Positions 27,858-40,854 of a DNA stretch of 64,000 bases are shown here, one piece after another. A model generated the notes under the pieces. It worked only from the letters and a program-made list of their open reading frames with translations. It had not been told where the DNA came from and did not search any database. Location: positions 62,806,001-62,870,000 of the forward strand of contig OX597821.1 of the NCBI GenBank assembly GCA_951406725.2, given 5' to 3'. A program made the translations under genes and the position numbers. Source of the stretch: Octopus vulgaris. Taxonomy: Eukaryota. How positions within the stretch are numbered: the stretch's first letter is position 1; each line of letters starts with the position of its first letter.

Positions 27858-28150
27858 AATATAAGAGAGTGGTCACTATATTGATCACCCTAGCACCAGT
27901 TAATCCAAAAGGTTTCAACCACGAAAAATACATGTTTCCCATGTATTTTTCGTGGTTGAAACCTTTTGGATTAACTGGTGCTAGGGTGATCAATATAGTG
28001 ACCACTCTCTTATATTTATTTTGTGAAAATATTATAATATGTTATAAAATATTATAATAATCCAGGTTTCTCGTAGCACTAGGCCACTTGGTGTGGAATA
28101 AATATACTATTAAATTAGTATCTAATTCTCTCACCCTTATTAATTAATTA
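27852..28150. mobile_element. Fold-back copy of the HHR-element family found at 48 kb
   Basis: Perfect 83-bp inverted arms at 27852-27934 and 27940-28022. 27940-28150 is the reverse complement of ~48467-48680. Flanked by (TA)n. Confidence 0.85.
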
Positions 28151-28164
28151 TATATATATATATA

Positions 28165-28850
28165 TATGTAAAAAAAAATACAAACTGGGACAAGAACGCA
28201 AAACATTTAGAAGACGATACAAAAAACACGGACGGGACATTCGAAGCCTTCAATCTTCAGTCAAGAACCGGATCATCCTCGCAATTTCGGCTGATTAATC
28301 TTGAGATTGCTCCGATCTGGCCAGCCCCAAAGGAAAATCTAAGCCAAGCGTATTAGATTCCTTGGAAGAAAGCCTCGAATGTATACAAAACAAGGACGGA
28401 AAAACAGACGATGTTACACGAATAATAATACAAAAATACGTAAAAACTATAATGATAATAATAATAGCAAAAACAGGACGTCACAGACAGGCGTCCTTCG
28501 ACAGGACGAGTAAACTTTGAGCTGGCGTGTCAGAAAAATGCCTTAGGGCTACAGAGAGAAAAAATGTGTCTTGCCGCGACGACTGCTAAGCACGTAAGGC
28601 CGGCAATCGATCAGTTAGTCACGTGTGAGGAGAAGAGAGAGGAAAAGAGGGACAGAGAAAAAAAGGGGAACAAGGAACAAAGGAGGAGGAGAAGAGAGAG
28701 AGCGAGAAAGAGACAGATCAAAGTGGAGTGCAAAGTGTGAAAGGCAGAGAAATGTAGGAGAGGGGGGAGAGAGACAGTGTTATAGAATCGTACTAAGTTT
28801 AAAGAAATATGTACTTACATATAAGACCAAAGGGGTACGGGCGGCGATGT
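28165..28850. repeat. Unclassified, relatively GC-rich element between (TA)n tracts, with internal inverted repeats
   Basis: Bounded by (TA)n. acattcgaagcctt (28238-28251) pairs with aagcctcgaatgt (28370-28382), enclosing further hairpins. No credible ORF. Confidence 0.5.
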
Positions 28851-28883
28851 ATATATTTATTTATGTGTATATATATTTATATG

Positions 28884-28959
<76 letters not shown>

Positions 28960-29000
28960 AAAAAAAGCAACAAGAATGGATTGGGAATTCTCTGATGTTT

Positions 29001-29088
29001 TTTCGGCTGACGAGTACGAAACATCTGCATTTACTGCATTTTTTGTAGCTTATTAAAGATGTCCTCGTACGAAACAATTGTACCGAGA
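29001..29088 (+). ncRNA. Type-I hammerhead ribozyme
   Basis: TTTCGG-CTGACGA-GTACGA...TCGTAC-GAAA-CAATTG-TA-CCGAGA: full core, stem I, extended stem II (plus ACATCT/AGATGT), palindromic stem III ACAATTGT and a GUA triplet (cut after 29082). Confidence 0.85.
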
Positions 29089-29707
29089 TTTTAATCCATT
29101 CTTGTTGCTTTTTTCCTATTTGTAATCACCCCACTTGTCGTATGGTTAACACCATATAGATTTCCGGTGCATCCTAGTTAAGGACCATATTTATGTGAAT
29201 TCATTAGAATTCACTTGAATCTCAATTACTTAAACCGTATTCAATACAAAGTGTCTACGACTCCCGTTTCTAGGAATGTCGCTGCGCACAGCACCCTTGT
29301 CACTCTTGATGACGGTGAATTATTTCTTTTTGGCTTTAAAATTGCTGCTAGCAGCCTTGATTATTTTATTAATTTTCACATTACCATTTTACGAAATCAG
29401 TCGCTGGTTGCTATGGCAAATTCCATAATATTGACAGGTGTGAGTTGACGTCTAGCAGCTGTGATGGAGTGAGTATTACTGATGAGTATAAATGTCTTAT
29501 ATTAAATTAGCATGCTAATCTAGTGCATTATGGTCACAGTAGAGAGATTTTCTTCCCTGTCAATACAAAGAATCATGTGCTTTTTTGTGGCTTAAGGTGT
29601 CTACGACTCCTGTTTCGGGCAATGTTGCTGTTCACTCCACCATTGTCACGTTACGTGACGATTAATTATTACCTTCTTGGTTTCAAATTGCTGCTAGCCA
29701 CCTTGAT

Positions 29708-29850
<143 letters not shown>

Positions 29851-30559
29851 TATATAAATATATATATATTTATATATATACTATATATATTATGTATGAG
29901 AAATAGGTATTGAGTAGCTTACAATCATGTGTGTGTGTGTGTATGTAGGGGTGTGTGTCTACAGCCATACAGATGTGATTAGTTATCATTGTGATTAAAG
30001 GAATTTACGAAAGAACAAAAATTTTGGTGGTTTCCTGGAAAATAAAATCATAAAACTATAATACTGGTATCTGAAATCAACGTAAAGTGACGTCGTGAAA
30101 TGAGCTTGATGCTTCAGTTTATTTTTGTTGCTTGAAATATTATGCGAATTAATCATTGCCTGATAGTGAATTTGTAGCATATCCTAATATTAGAAGTGGG
30201 CGTTTGAAATAATGAGGCTTATTTCAAACATTATTTGAGGCTGAACATTATTTCAGATATACCATATAACATCATCCCTACTCAACTGGTTACACGAGAA
30301 CGAGCGGTGAAGTTTCATCAGGCAGTATCAACAGTATCATGAGAAGTGGAGTGAAACTTATAATCAGATTCCAGATTGTACACTCTTGAGAACTTTTTGT
30401 GCAGAAGCCAGGTTCAGGGACAACGCTGGGAATAGTGCAAGCACTATTCAGTGTGTACATATAAGTATCAGTGTGTGCAGAAAAAGTGAGGTCGAAATAG
30501 GTATTGAGTGGCTTACAATCATGGGAATTATCGAGAGGATGCCGTTTGGGAAATGAGGC

Positions 30560-30830
30560 TCATTGGAGTTAATGAGAGATGGGGAGACAGAGAATTGCGT
30601 CTTCATAGCATGCAGAGTATGCTTGAAGGGGTTGTTGCAATTTCAAAAGAACAAATAACAATGTAAACGACGTCACGCTAAGCCAATGATAATAGATTGT
30701 TTGTGCGTAAATTTTCTCCACTTTTTGTGGCACAATTATTTTCGATGAGGTCAACACTGATAGCTTTTGTGATATCATCACCTTTCTATGAATGAGAACA
30801 GGAATCCAATTGTGGTTCATATTTGAAAGA
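30560..30830 (-). pseudogene. Possible CR1/L2-type LINE RT relic
   Basis: Minus strand IPVLIHRK-GDD..AISV resembles VPIHKKGD..RPISL. Very degraded. Confidence 0.3.
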
Positions 30831-31149
30831 GTTTTATTACTGTGTGATTATTAATGGAATAGGATGCAATGAAATTGGTTTTGTATATTGATGTACATCT
30901 CCCAAATAGCTTGGATTGATCACATTAGTGAGTACACAGACTCAACAAATATAATTCGTAGTCCTTTCATGTAGAAGCATATTTTATCGCTGCAACATTA
31001 TTACCTACATTTCTTATTGAAGTTTCGTGGTTGTTGGATTGTGTTTACTTTAATTTGCTGTATATACACAGTATCACTAAATGCAGACAAATCGAACAAA
31101 ACGCGCGCAAACACACACATACACATATTAACACACACCCGTATATATA

Positions 31150-31500
31150 TCACCTTAATGACATTGCCCTTCTGACGAGCAGATAAAGAACGGTGTTTCC
31201 ACTATAAAGATTGTCCCTTTGTCTCTCGCTCAAAGTGATGAAACAAATAATCATCCTGAATTGCGAAATACTCAAGACAACCATCTGGATCTGCCTCAGT
31301 GCGCTTTTTTATCTAATGTCAGAAGACGTGGCATAAACCGGACAGAAACTTTCATCATGCTAAGTTGATTGTGCGAAATATTCTCAACTCTTTCACAGGA
31401 TATACTAATAACATTTGATATTTCATTTATAGACAATCGCCATCCATTAATTACTGTATGGTGAACATATGAGGGGCAGTTCTCTTTCACATTCACTTAA
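31150..31500 (-). pseudogene. Old mariner transposase fragment
   Basis: RLSINEISNVISISCERVENISHNQLSMMKVSVRFMPRLLT aligns with RQIAHEVKISTGSVETIIHDHLHMQKVSVRWIPRLLT of the mariner at 11.3 kb. Confidence 0.7.
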
Positions 31501-31950
31501 CACGCGTTTTTGGACCCGGAGCTATAGTGTAGGATACCTGTCTAAGGTCCCACGTTGTGGCACCGAAACCAAAGTCAGATGGTTGTAAAGCCATCTTCTT
31601 AGAATAGCCGTTTCAGATGCAGCTAGTCGCACAGTTCTCGTTACCTTGTAAGTGGATTTGGTAGAGAGAAAACTGAAAAAACTCGTCGTATATACATATG
31701 TGTGTGTGCTTGTGTGTGTGTGTGTTTTTGAGCGTGTGTGTGTGAGCGTGTTTGTCCTTCACCAACGTTTGACAATCGGTGTTGGTGTCTTTACGTTCTC
31801 ATAACATAGCAGTTCGACACAAGATACCATAAGAATAAGCATCCGGTTTTAAAAACTTACTGGGGTGGATTTATTTGACTAAAAATGACCTAAGATGGTG
31901 CTCCAGCATGGTCACAATCTACTGACTGAAACGGGTAGAAGATAAAAGAT
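31500..31950 (+). mobile_element. Degraded SINE family 2 (31635-31950), preceded by an inverted 5' fragment
   Basis: ccttgtaagtggatttggtagagagaaaactg...ggtgctccagcatggtcacaatctactgactgaaac. Confidence 0.65.
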
Positions 31951-32748
31951 AAAATGCGTACACTTCGGTGGTGCCGAATAATCGTACGAAATATATCAGA
32001 AAGCAATAAAACAATCTTGCAAATTGACTAAATATGCCTTTCTCGTCGAAACTGTCCGACCATGAGGAAAGCCTCTGGAAAGTCCTTTCAATTGGATAAT
32101 TTTTAAGCTCTGTTGCACATGACAGATAAAACATCATCCGCACTTCATGAGAAAAATAAGTTGTCAACGTGTCTGCTGGCTTAACACAGCTGGAAGGCAT
32201 GCAGTAAAATATCTATTTTCTCTGTCTTTCTCATTCTTGACCACGCACTCTTTTTTGTTTTGTCCCTCTTTTTGAAGATCCTTCTCGAATATAATATAAT
32301 ACAAAGAAAATATCACCACTGCTCTTACTATGACTGAAAACACGCAGTAAAAAGTTTGCTTTTCTTTGCCTTTCTTTCTGTTGACCACTAACCTGTTTAT
32401 TTCGTTTCCCTTTTCGAAGAGAATTATAGAATACGAAGAGACTAATACCATTGCTCTTGCAGATGACTGAAAGTAAGCAGAAATATTCGCCTTTCTCTCT
32501 GTTGACCACTCACTCGTTTGTCTTGTCTTCCTTGTTGAAGTTCCCTCCCCAAACGAACAGGAAATCAATTAATTCACAGCTTTTCCTTCGTTTCTCGCAA
32601 AGCAAACTGGAGCTTTCGCTACTTACACTTGTTAAATAATATCGATTGTTTACAATTTAGACTAAGAAATGAAGGAATACGAAAATAAATGTAAATATGA
32701 CTGCAATGAATCTAGTGAAAATTATTAATAATCAATTATATATTACAC

Positions 32749-32887
32749 AAGTAGCTTGCTTACCAAGCACATGGTCCCGGGTTCATTCCACTGCGTGGCA
32801 ACTTGGGCAAGTGTCTTCTACTATAGCCTCGGGCCAACCAAAGCCTTACGAGTGGATTTGGTAGACGGAAACTGAAAGAAGCCTGTC

Positions 32888-32932
<45 letters not shown>

Positions 32933-33191
32933 CACATATATATATATACATATATGTATATATATATATATATGTGTGTGTGTGTTTGTGTGTCTGTGTT
33001 TGTCCCCCTAACATCGTTTGAAATCCGACGCTGGTGTGTTTACGTCCCTGTAACTTAGCGGTTCGGCAAAATACCGATAGAATAAGTACTAGGCTTCCAA
33101 AGAATAAGTCCTGGGATCGATTTGCTCGACATAAGGCGGTGCTCCAGCATGGTCGCAGTCAAACAACTGAAACAATTAAAAGAGTAAAAGA
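32749..33191 (+). mobile_element. SINE family 2
   Basis: B-box gggttcattcc, core ttgggcaagtgtcttctactatagcctcggg, internal (TA)n and taaaagag tail. Confidence 0.88.
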
Positions 33192-34133
33192 CTACCGTGG
33201 ATAAAAGGAAGGCATGGAGTGCTGCGTTGAATGCATAAAATGTTGGCCCTTGATATATATATATATATATATATATATGCGTATGTGTGTGTATGTATGT
33301 ACATGTGTATGTATGTGTGTGTGTGTGTGTGTATGTATATACATGTGTATGTATGTGTGTGTTGTGTATCTACGTAGAATGTAGATGTATGTCTTCGTTA
33401 GCATGTGCTCATTCATTTATTGGTTGAGCAATTTACTGCATGCAACATACTGCGTCAAGAATTGCTGAAATAAATATCAAAAGAAAATTATTCAATTATT
33501 GTCGCATTCAATAAATTTTCGGAATGTCCAATATCAATGATAGCATTAATTATACATTAGTGATTACAATTCGTGTCCTCTTTTTTTTTTTTTTTTTCCA
33601 CGTCTTTGCCTAAATGATGCGTTAATTCAAATAATGAAATTTACACTGTGAGATTCACCACTAGCAACACTATGTACTGATGTGGTTGAAAATCAACCGA
33701 CATCTCCATTTTTGTTTATTAGAGTCGTTAATTAAGTAAACATCTAAAAATTGGAATAAATTAGCTTTATACGAGGAAGGTGACAAATTTGAGGTCTAGT
33801 CAGAGAGGAGCGAGACAGACGATCAAGAATTTCTTTGTAAAAAGAAATTCTTGATTGTCTGTCTTAACACTCTGTTTACACTTATTAAAAATGTCTCGTA
33901 GATCTCTCTCATGATATTAAATTCATTATTGTTAGTTAACAAGATTTTCCAAGCGTGAAGCTGTGCTGAAATATTTCTTTTCCGTAGTGTGAGACAATAT
34001 TCTGGCGAGTAATTTCAAGTGGTAATTGAATGTATCGGGTGGCAAATTTGCTTAACTTGTGGTTCATTTTATAATGAATAAATGGTATTTTGGCGCATTT
34101 TATGCACAAAATAAATCGAAGCCTGTTAATGTT

Positions 34134-34725
34134 CAGTAACCCCTCGACTACCACAGGTGCTACGTTCCCAAACCCCCCGTGAAAGGTGAAAGTCCAGGAA
34201 GTAGAAAAAGTAGTGTACTTTTATTCTCTTTTACTTGTTTCAGTCATTTGACCGCAGCCATGCTGTCGCACCGCCTTTAGTCGAGCAAATCGACCCCAGG
34301 ACTTATTCTTTGGAAGCCTAGTATTTATTCTATCGGTCTCTTTTGCCGAACCGCTAAGTTGCGGGGACTTAAACACACCAGCATTGGTTGTCAAGCGATG
34401 TTGGTGGGGGACAAACATATACACACATCCATATATATATATATATACACATATATACGACGGGTTTCTTTCAGTCTCCATCTACCAACTCCAAACACAA
34501 GGCTTTGGTTGGCCCGAGGCTATATTAGAAGACACTTGCCCAAGGTGCCATGCAGTGGGACTGAACCCGGAACCATGTAGTTGGTATGCAAGCTATTTAA
34601 CACACAGCCACTCCTGTGCCTATGTATATTTTTTTATTATTTTTATAATTTGTATATATTTATTTTATTAGAAATGCAAAACAGCACCATGGAGCAATCA
34701 ACCACGATAGGTGAACCACGCTAGT
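34134..34725. mobile_element. Possible Tigger/pogo-like MITE interrupted by a SINE
   Basis: Left end cagtaacccctcgactaccacaggtgctacgttcccaaaccccccgtgaaaggtgaaa resembles Tigger-type termini. A degraded right part aaccacgataggtgaaccacgc lies at ~34700-34721. Confidence 0.4.
34219..34620 (-). mobile_element. SINE family 2, full length
   Basis: Reverse complement of the family consensus from the ggcacaggagtggctgtgtg head to the aaacaagtaaaagag tail. Confidence 0.88.
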
Positions 34726-35029
34726 TCTTCTTTTTTTTCTTTTTCGTACTATACTGAATTTCCATTCAGAATTTAGTTAGTAGACAAGTTTTCAACGATA
34801 TATTTTCGTTATTGAATTTTGGATTTCAGCTTGTATTTTTCACACATTTTGACATAGAATCTTATTATTTGCCTGGAATACTAAACAACATTGCATGACA
34901 CACTATTGTGCTACGTAAACTTTTAAAGACACATTTGTGTAATGTATAATATTGAATTCCGTTTGGCTGGAATGTGTCAAACTCTTCGCACAGAGACAAG
35001 TAAGCTCAAGGCTGTAACATATTGTCATT

Positions 35030-35112
35030 CTTTTCTTCTTCTTCTTCTTCTTCTTCTTCTTCTTCTTCTTCTTCTTCTTCTTCTTCTTCTTCTTCTTCTT
35101 CTTCTTCTTCTT
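35030..35112. repeat. (CTT)n microsatellite
   Basis: Read directly from the sequence. Confidence 0.95.
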
Positions 35113-35149
35113 CCAATGAGGATTCACGCCATTAGCCACAAAGAATAAT

Positions 35150-35611
35150 CTCTAATTCGAGCTTACTCTGAGCTACTAAGAATGCGTGCGGCAACTTGAA
35201 GATCCACCCACCACACACGATAGATTGGCGGTTGTACGGGCGCGAAATCTACGTTGTTATCCTCATTCCGTAAACGGTGGCTTTTTAACGGGTGGCGAGC
35301 TGATCCATCCTGCTGTACAGAGGATTCTCAATCTAGACTAGGGTCTGAAAGTTTACCACACCATAGTGGGTTACACCATGATTCCTCTGTTTTGTGACAG
35401 AAGATTGAGGAAAGAGTGAGAGAAAGTATGAAGAAAGAGAAGAAAAGTTGTAGTGAAAGAGTACAGCGGGGTTGACCACCACTCCGCGGAGACTCGTCGA
35501 GCTTGGGTGTTTTTGCTCAATAAACACTCACAGTGACCTGTTTGGGAACCGAAACCGCGTTTTTACGACCGCGAGTCGGCTGCCCTAAACACTGGGCCAT
35601 TGTGCCTCCAC
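35150..35611 (-). mobile_element. SINE family 3 variant (shared tRNA head, different tail)
   Basis: 35450-35611 is the reverse complement of a sequence homologous to 50385-50560. The left boundary is uncertain. Confidence 0.7.
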
Positions 35612-37299
35612 TTCGTTGTTGCCGTCGTCATTGTTCTTGTTACGTTTGCTGTTTAAACTCTGATATATTCTGAACGGAGATATTTTTAAACCAAACCATT
35701 TCTTTGGTTACGTTCACATATTTTAGACTAATAGCTAATCTAACATTTAATATTTGAAATGCTAAGGTGATTTTTATTAGGACATTTTTGCTACTATTTC
35801 TAGCAGGTCGATCGAGAGACCGTGTAATCACTTTGGCACTTCCGTCTGCACGTGTAATATACGTATACTCGGTCGTCATTTTGTTCAGTTTTCCCGTTAG
35901 TTTGGTTACTCTTGGTCATTTCTTCAGGAAGATGTTTATCATAGTCAATGCAATATATAATTACATTTGGAAACTCTCGATGTTAAAGACAATGTATGAT
36001 GAACTGATTCCTGCTGTAGTTGAAAATTTGATGGAATACTTTCGATAATGTAATTTCGACTCTCAATGTCAACTATTTAACGCCGATTTCTTTGCATAAC
36101 ACAGAAAATTTATCCATCAACCATCGATATAGCTAATACAATATTGATGAATGTCACTTGCTATGAATACCCAAGTGGAACGTGCATACACATGCAGTTT
36201 GGTTAGATATAGCAGCTTCACGAAATAAGTTTCTGTTTGTCTCGCGTTTGGCTATTTCAACACACGTCTCTGTAATTATAAAGGAAGTACTTGAGAATTC
36301 TATTTTCTAGATATGGAATATTATTATTTTTTTTTTGTAGATTGTTATACAACCGACGAAATTATTATGTGGTAAGAAATTATGATTGCCATATTGTTAA
36401 ATTGTATATCAGTGGCAGTTATCATACTTTCTTTCCACTTAGTGTCAGTGTTACAGAACACATAATGCAGCCTTTTCTTCATTTTTAATTCAACTAGCTC
36501 TAGTAATATCACACCATAATAGTTGTAATTTTCTTAATAACAGTTTCCGAACAGCAGTTTCACATAATTTTAGACATATTAATGTCATATGGGCATTGGA
36601 TCGTGTTCATCGCGGCAGATGTAACTTACTACCATAAAGATATTCTCTTTATTGAAGACATTTTTATTATCGGTGATAAGATTGACGAAGAATACAATAA
36701 TATTTATGTCTATTATTCACCATAATTTAGCTCCAACTATCAATGTCTGATAATATAAGAATCTGGGGAGATTATCACTTTCAACCACTTCATTATATGA
36801 TATACGCTGCTTGTGGTATGTAATGCTCATCTCAAAGTTACTATTGATACAAATACATTAAATTTTATTTTCGTTGTAAATCCATATTTCTGACTTAGAC
36901 TTTCGCAGATGGTCAGATTTGATGAGTCAAAATTATTTCGCAGTCCTTTCTCATTTATTTCTGTATAATAAGCCTACCGTTGCTCCAAGTAATCTTCAGT
37001 AAAATATATTAGCCATAGTGGATATATTGAGTGACTTGTGTTAAACGTTATGTAAATTACCGGGTCTTCAATACCTTCTGAAAATTAGCCATCTAAAACT
37101 TTCTGAATGTCCGTTGACCACAGTGGTAAGTATTAATGTTTATTATGAAATGCAAAAAGTACATGATGGATCTCAATCTCGTAAGAACTTTTAAGGCTCT
37201 AGAAAATAGCGTAAAAGTGAAGAGAACTGGGATTTACGTGACCGACTAAATAATTAATCCCGGTCAGCGTGCATAGATTAAGCACAAAATACATATAAA

Positions 37300-37355
<56 letters not shown>

Positions 37356-37399
37356 TACATATATATATAGGCTTCATTTATGAGGATGTACCCCTGTAT

Positions 37400-38820
37400 C
37401 TATCTGTGTCGTGTCCGGGTGCTTGGATAAAATACGGATGTCAAGTCGGCTCGGTGTGCCTCCATGTTGGTGTTTTGGCATGTTAGTATGGAGGAGTGTG
37501 TTTTGTCGTCATATTGTCTCAAATGTAAATTAAGTCTCTCTGCAATATCCAGCTCATATCTGCTCATATCCAGAGAACTGCATGCGGTGCATAAAACTCA
37601 GTACATGTTTCTTAGATTTACTGCGTTCGCATAGTGAGGACACGTTTTTTTATTATCCTAAGTTTGCTATCAATATGTTGGTTTTTATGTTTTGTGACAA
37701 ACATGAATTCTTCTGAACAACATATTTAGAAGCCTTAGATTTCATGTAATAGGAATGGAGGAGCTGCACTCTGTTCTTCCCAGTCTCTAAGCAATGTTTA
37801 ATATCAAGGACAGGGTGTCTATCATTAGGGTGCCTAGCGGGTTAATCTGTAGTTACCTTAATACTTTGGTGGATAGAGTTAGCTATGTGCTGGATGCTCT
37901 CCATTATAATACTGACGGTTTCTACACTACAGTTCATAGAATGTGTCTCAACTAGAATATTTATGTCATCTACCCACCAACAGTTAAGCAATACAGTTGC
38001 AGATTGTTCAGCTAAGGATTAAGTTTTCTGTTCCACCAGGTCATGAAGAGACCAGACATATCTCCAGCCACATCAACGCAAATGACTGCACCTTGACCTT
38101 GGATAAATAGTTTCCTGTGGAACTTTATTGTGTGGGTTTTCAACGTGGTTCTTATGCTAGCTTTTATTGCATGTGTAATCATTCTTTTCATTTGAATGTT
38201 GTTCTCAGGGTACTGGGTAGTTATGGTCCACTTCAGTGTTCTACAGTGCTTTTCTTCACTACCGAGTTGATGATGAATGTCTTCCTCTCTGTGACCTGGT
38301 GGGGCAGAATATACGAAGGTCATGGTTGTCTAGGTAATTACTGTCATAGCTCACTTTAAGGAGTAGACCCTTTTCCCTCGTGTTGACTTCACCGGACTCT
38401 ACCTCACTCTCACATGTATGTCTATAGATGGATAGAGTGAAACTACATCCATACTACCCACTACACAACCTGTAAGGTCGTTGCAGTGGTTGATATTACT
38501 GGTCCTCCGTGCTCAATCACACGTCCGGGGACATTTCAATGAGTAACACCTGTGAGAGGAAATAAGCCTGTAATTGCTGGGGATATTCGATCCACAAACT
38601 GACCGGGTTGAGGACGCCATAATAGGGTTTACGTAGGGTTTATGGTTCTTACGCAAGCCGTGTAGCGTAGGACCATCTTTGCTGAATACTTGGAAATTTT
38701 GTGCAGTCCGTTTCTTTGGTTGGAGTATGTTACACCACGTTCCTATGTGTGCATTGAGACGTTTTTCCACACTTTCATGTTCCTGTCGTGCAATTTCTCT
38801 CATGCTACTGATGCTGAATG
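37400..38820 (-). pseudogene. Degraded Penelope-like reverse transcriptase
   Basis: Minus strand, in order: PTLHGLRKNHK (PxLYGLPKxHK), HTIKFHRKLFIQGQGAVIC (FxxxxYxQxxGxxxG), WVDDINI (YVDD), DYP.RHPNDRHPVLD (LPFLD). Confidence 0.75.
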
Positions 38821-40669
38821 GTGTGGACATATTTATATTTGTGTGAATATGTGTGTGTGTGGACATACATACATACCCCTGCCACTTTATCTTTTACAGC
38901 TGATACCAAAGTAACATCAAATTTTATTACAAATGAATTCTATAACATAATTTTCCTTTCCAAGTGTAAAAGTGCATATGGGATGAAAGCACAAAAAGTT
39001 TGTAAGCCCTGCTTCTTAGAACTACCATAAATGTCTAAAAAGTAAGTTCAAATCAAATGCGTGGTGATAGAAAGCCATAAAAGTCTTTGTAGGCAATCTC
39101 TGCACAGCTATTGTGCCTTTGGTATAAGGAATGATATTATTACATTAAAAACTAGATATTACGATGAAAAACAAATCGAATTATATTAATTTGATTAGTA
39201 GTGATTAATTCCTTTCTGTTCTCTTCTAAGCTGATGGCCTGATTTCTGGGTTAAACCATTTCATGAACCTAACTGCTAGCACTGTTGTGGTTCAATCATC
39301 TCTTTTCAACATAATAGGAACAGTTGAAACTGAAACCCACTTCCAGCTGAAAAAACGATGGGAGGAGGATTATATCATGATGGTTGAAGCTACTATTTCA
39401 GTCATATTTGTCGAATCTACAGTTTGTAACTTCCCTAATTTGTGACTTTAATTGCTTTCAATGATTTTAGTCTATTTTGGTTTATACACTCAATCATGTG
39501 CTATTTAGCTGAAAGCTCTAGATGATGCAGTAATAAAGCATCTGTATTTTTAGCTTGTCAGAAAATTGTATAAAGTGGAGTAATATATTAACAATTTGAC
39601 AGGTAATATAATATTGATCAGTACTGTTTGGTCAAAAGAATAAATTATTGATTTGTTATATTTAAGAGACAAAATTAATTTTAAACAATAATGTAACCAG
39701 TAGAGCAATAATGTTTTTTTTTTCTCAACCGTGCTGTTTATGTCGACATGTTGAAAAGACAACATGAAAATACTAACTAGTTTTTTTAATACCTGATAAC
39801 AGTAATATATGCAAGAATCTGATTGCACGAAATAATAAAGAAAACAAAAACCTAAGAATTCATCTTTATACTAACTTGAAGTAAAATATCAGTACATAAC
39901 ATGAAGCTTCTAGCTGCATTCCAACTTTGGTTAATTAAATAACTGTATTGTTCTTTACATTAGCATGGAGCGGTAAAAATATATATATTATGCATATGCC
40001 ATTCCAATGAGTATTATTAGTGTACATTAAGTACACAGTCTTTAAATAAACCCTAGGTGAATAATTACTGTAACACTTAATTAATGATTTATGCTTCAAG
40101 TGTTTGTTTGTTTTCATTTGGCATTACCATATGTTTAATCCTTTTACTTATATTTATATTTTCGTTGTTATTAATATTTTTTATTAGATGACAGTGTTCT
40201 CTATAGATTTAAATTATCTTTATATCGCAGCGTGCTTAGAATACATCCATAACATATGCATCTATAATTAATTTGATTTATATTATTCGGTTATGGAATT
40301 AGAATGAGGCAGGTGAAATATTATACACAGAGAAATCTTCTATTATTAGCTATTTTTACATTGGCATATTTCTTCTTTGAATTTTCACATAACAAGCTTA
40401 GTATGCTGCCGTCCTAGAGGATCGTTACTTTGTTCCTAACATTCACATCTAATGTAAACTATTCTGTAATAATCACACTACATGGTGTAGCACGGTGATG
40501 TATACATATTGTTACAGAATATTAGTAAAGTCGGAAGATGTCCTCAGTTGCCTTTCGCCGAAATGATAAAAATACTATTAAGCAAAACGTTAATGTTCTC
40601 TCCTCGTGATATTAATATCAAATCTCTTCTCGTAATATCGTTATCAAATCCTGGAATAGCGTTAGCAAT

Positions 40670-40854
40670 TTCGTGGCTGGGGTTAAATCGATTACATCGA
40701 TTCCAGTGCTCGACTGGTACTTATTTTATCAACCTCTGAAAAGATGAATAAAAAAAATCGACCTCGGCAGAATTACAAATGAGATTCTTCAGACATACGA
40801 AATGCTGCTAAGCATTTCGCTAGGCGTGCTAACGAACCTGTCAGCTCGCTGCCT
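40670..40854 (-). mobile_element. SINE family 1, degraded
   Basis: Core and head homology to 19596-20175. Confidence 0.75.

Noticed and set aside
27787-28057. Two opposite-strand ORFs with identical N-termini (MVTILITLAPVNPKGFN)
   Set aside because: An automatic consequence of the DNA palindrome; no evidence of coding.
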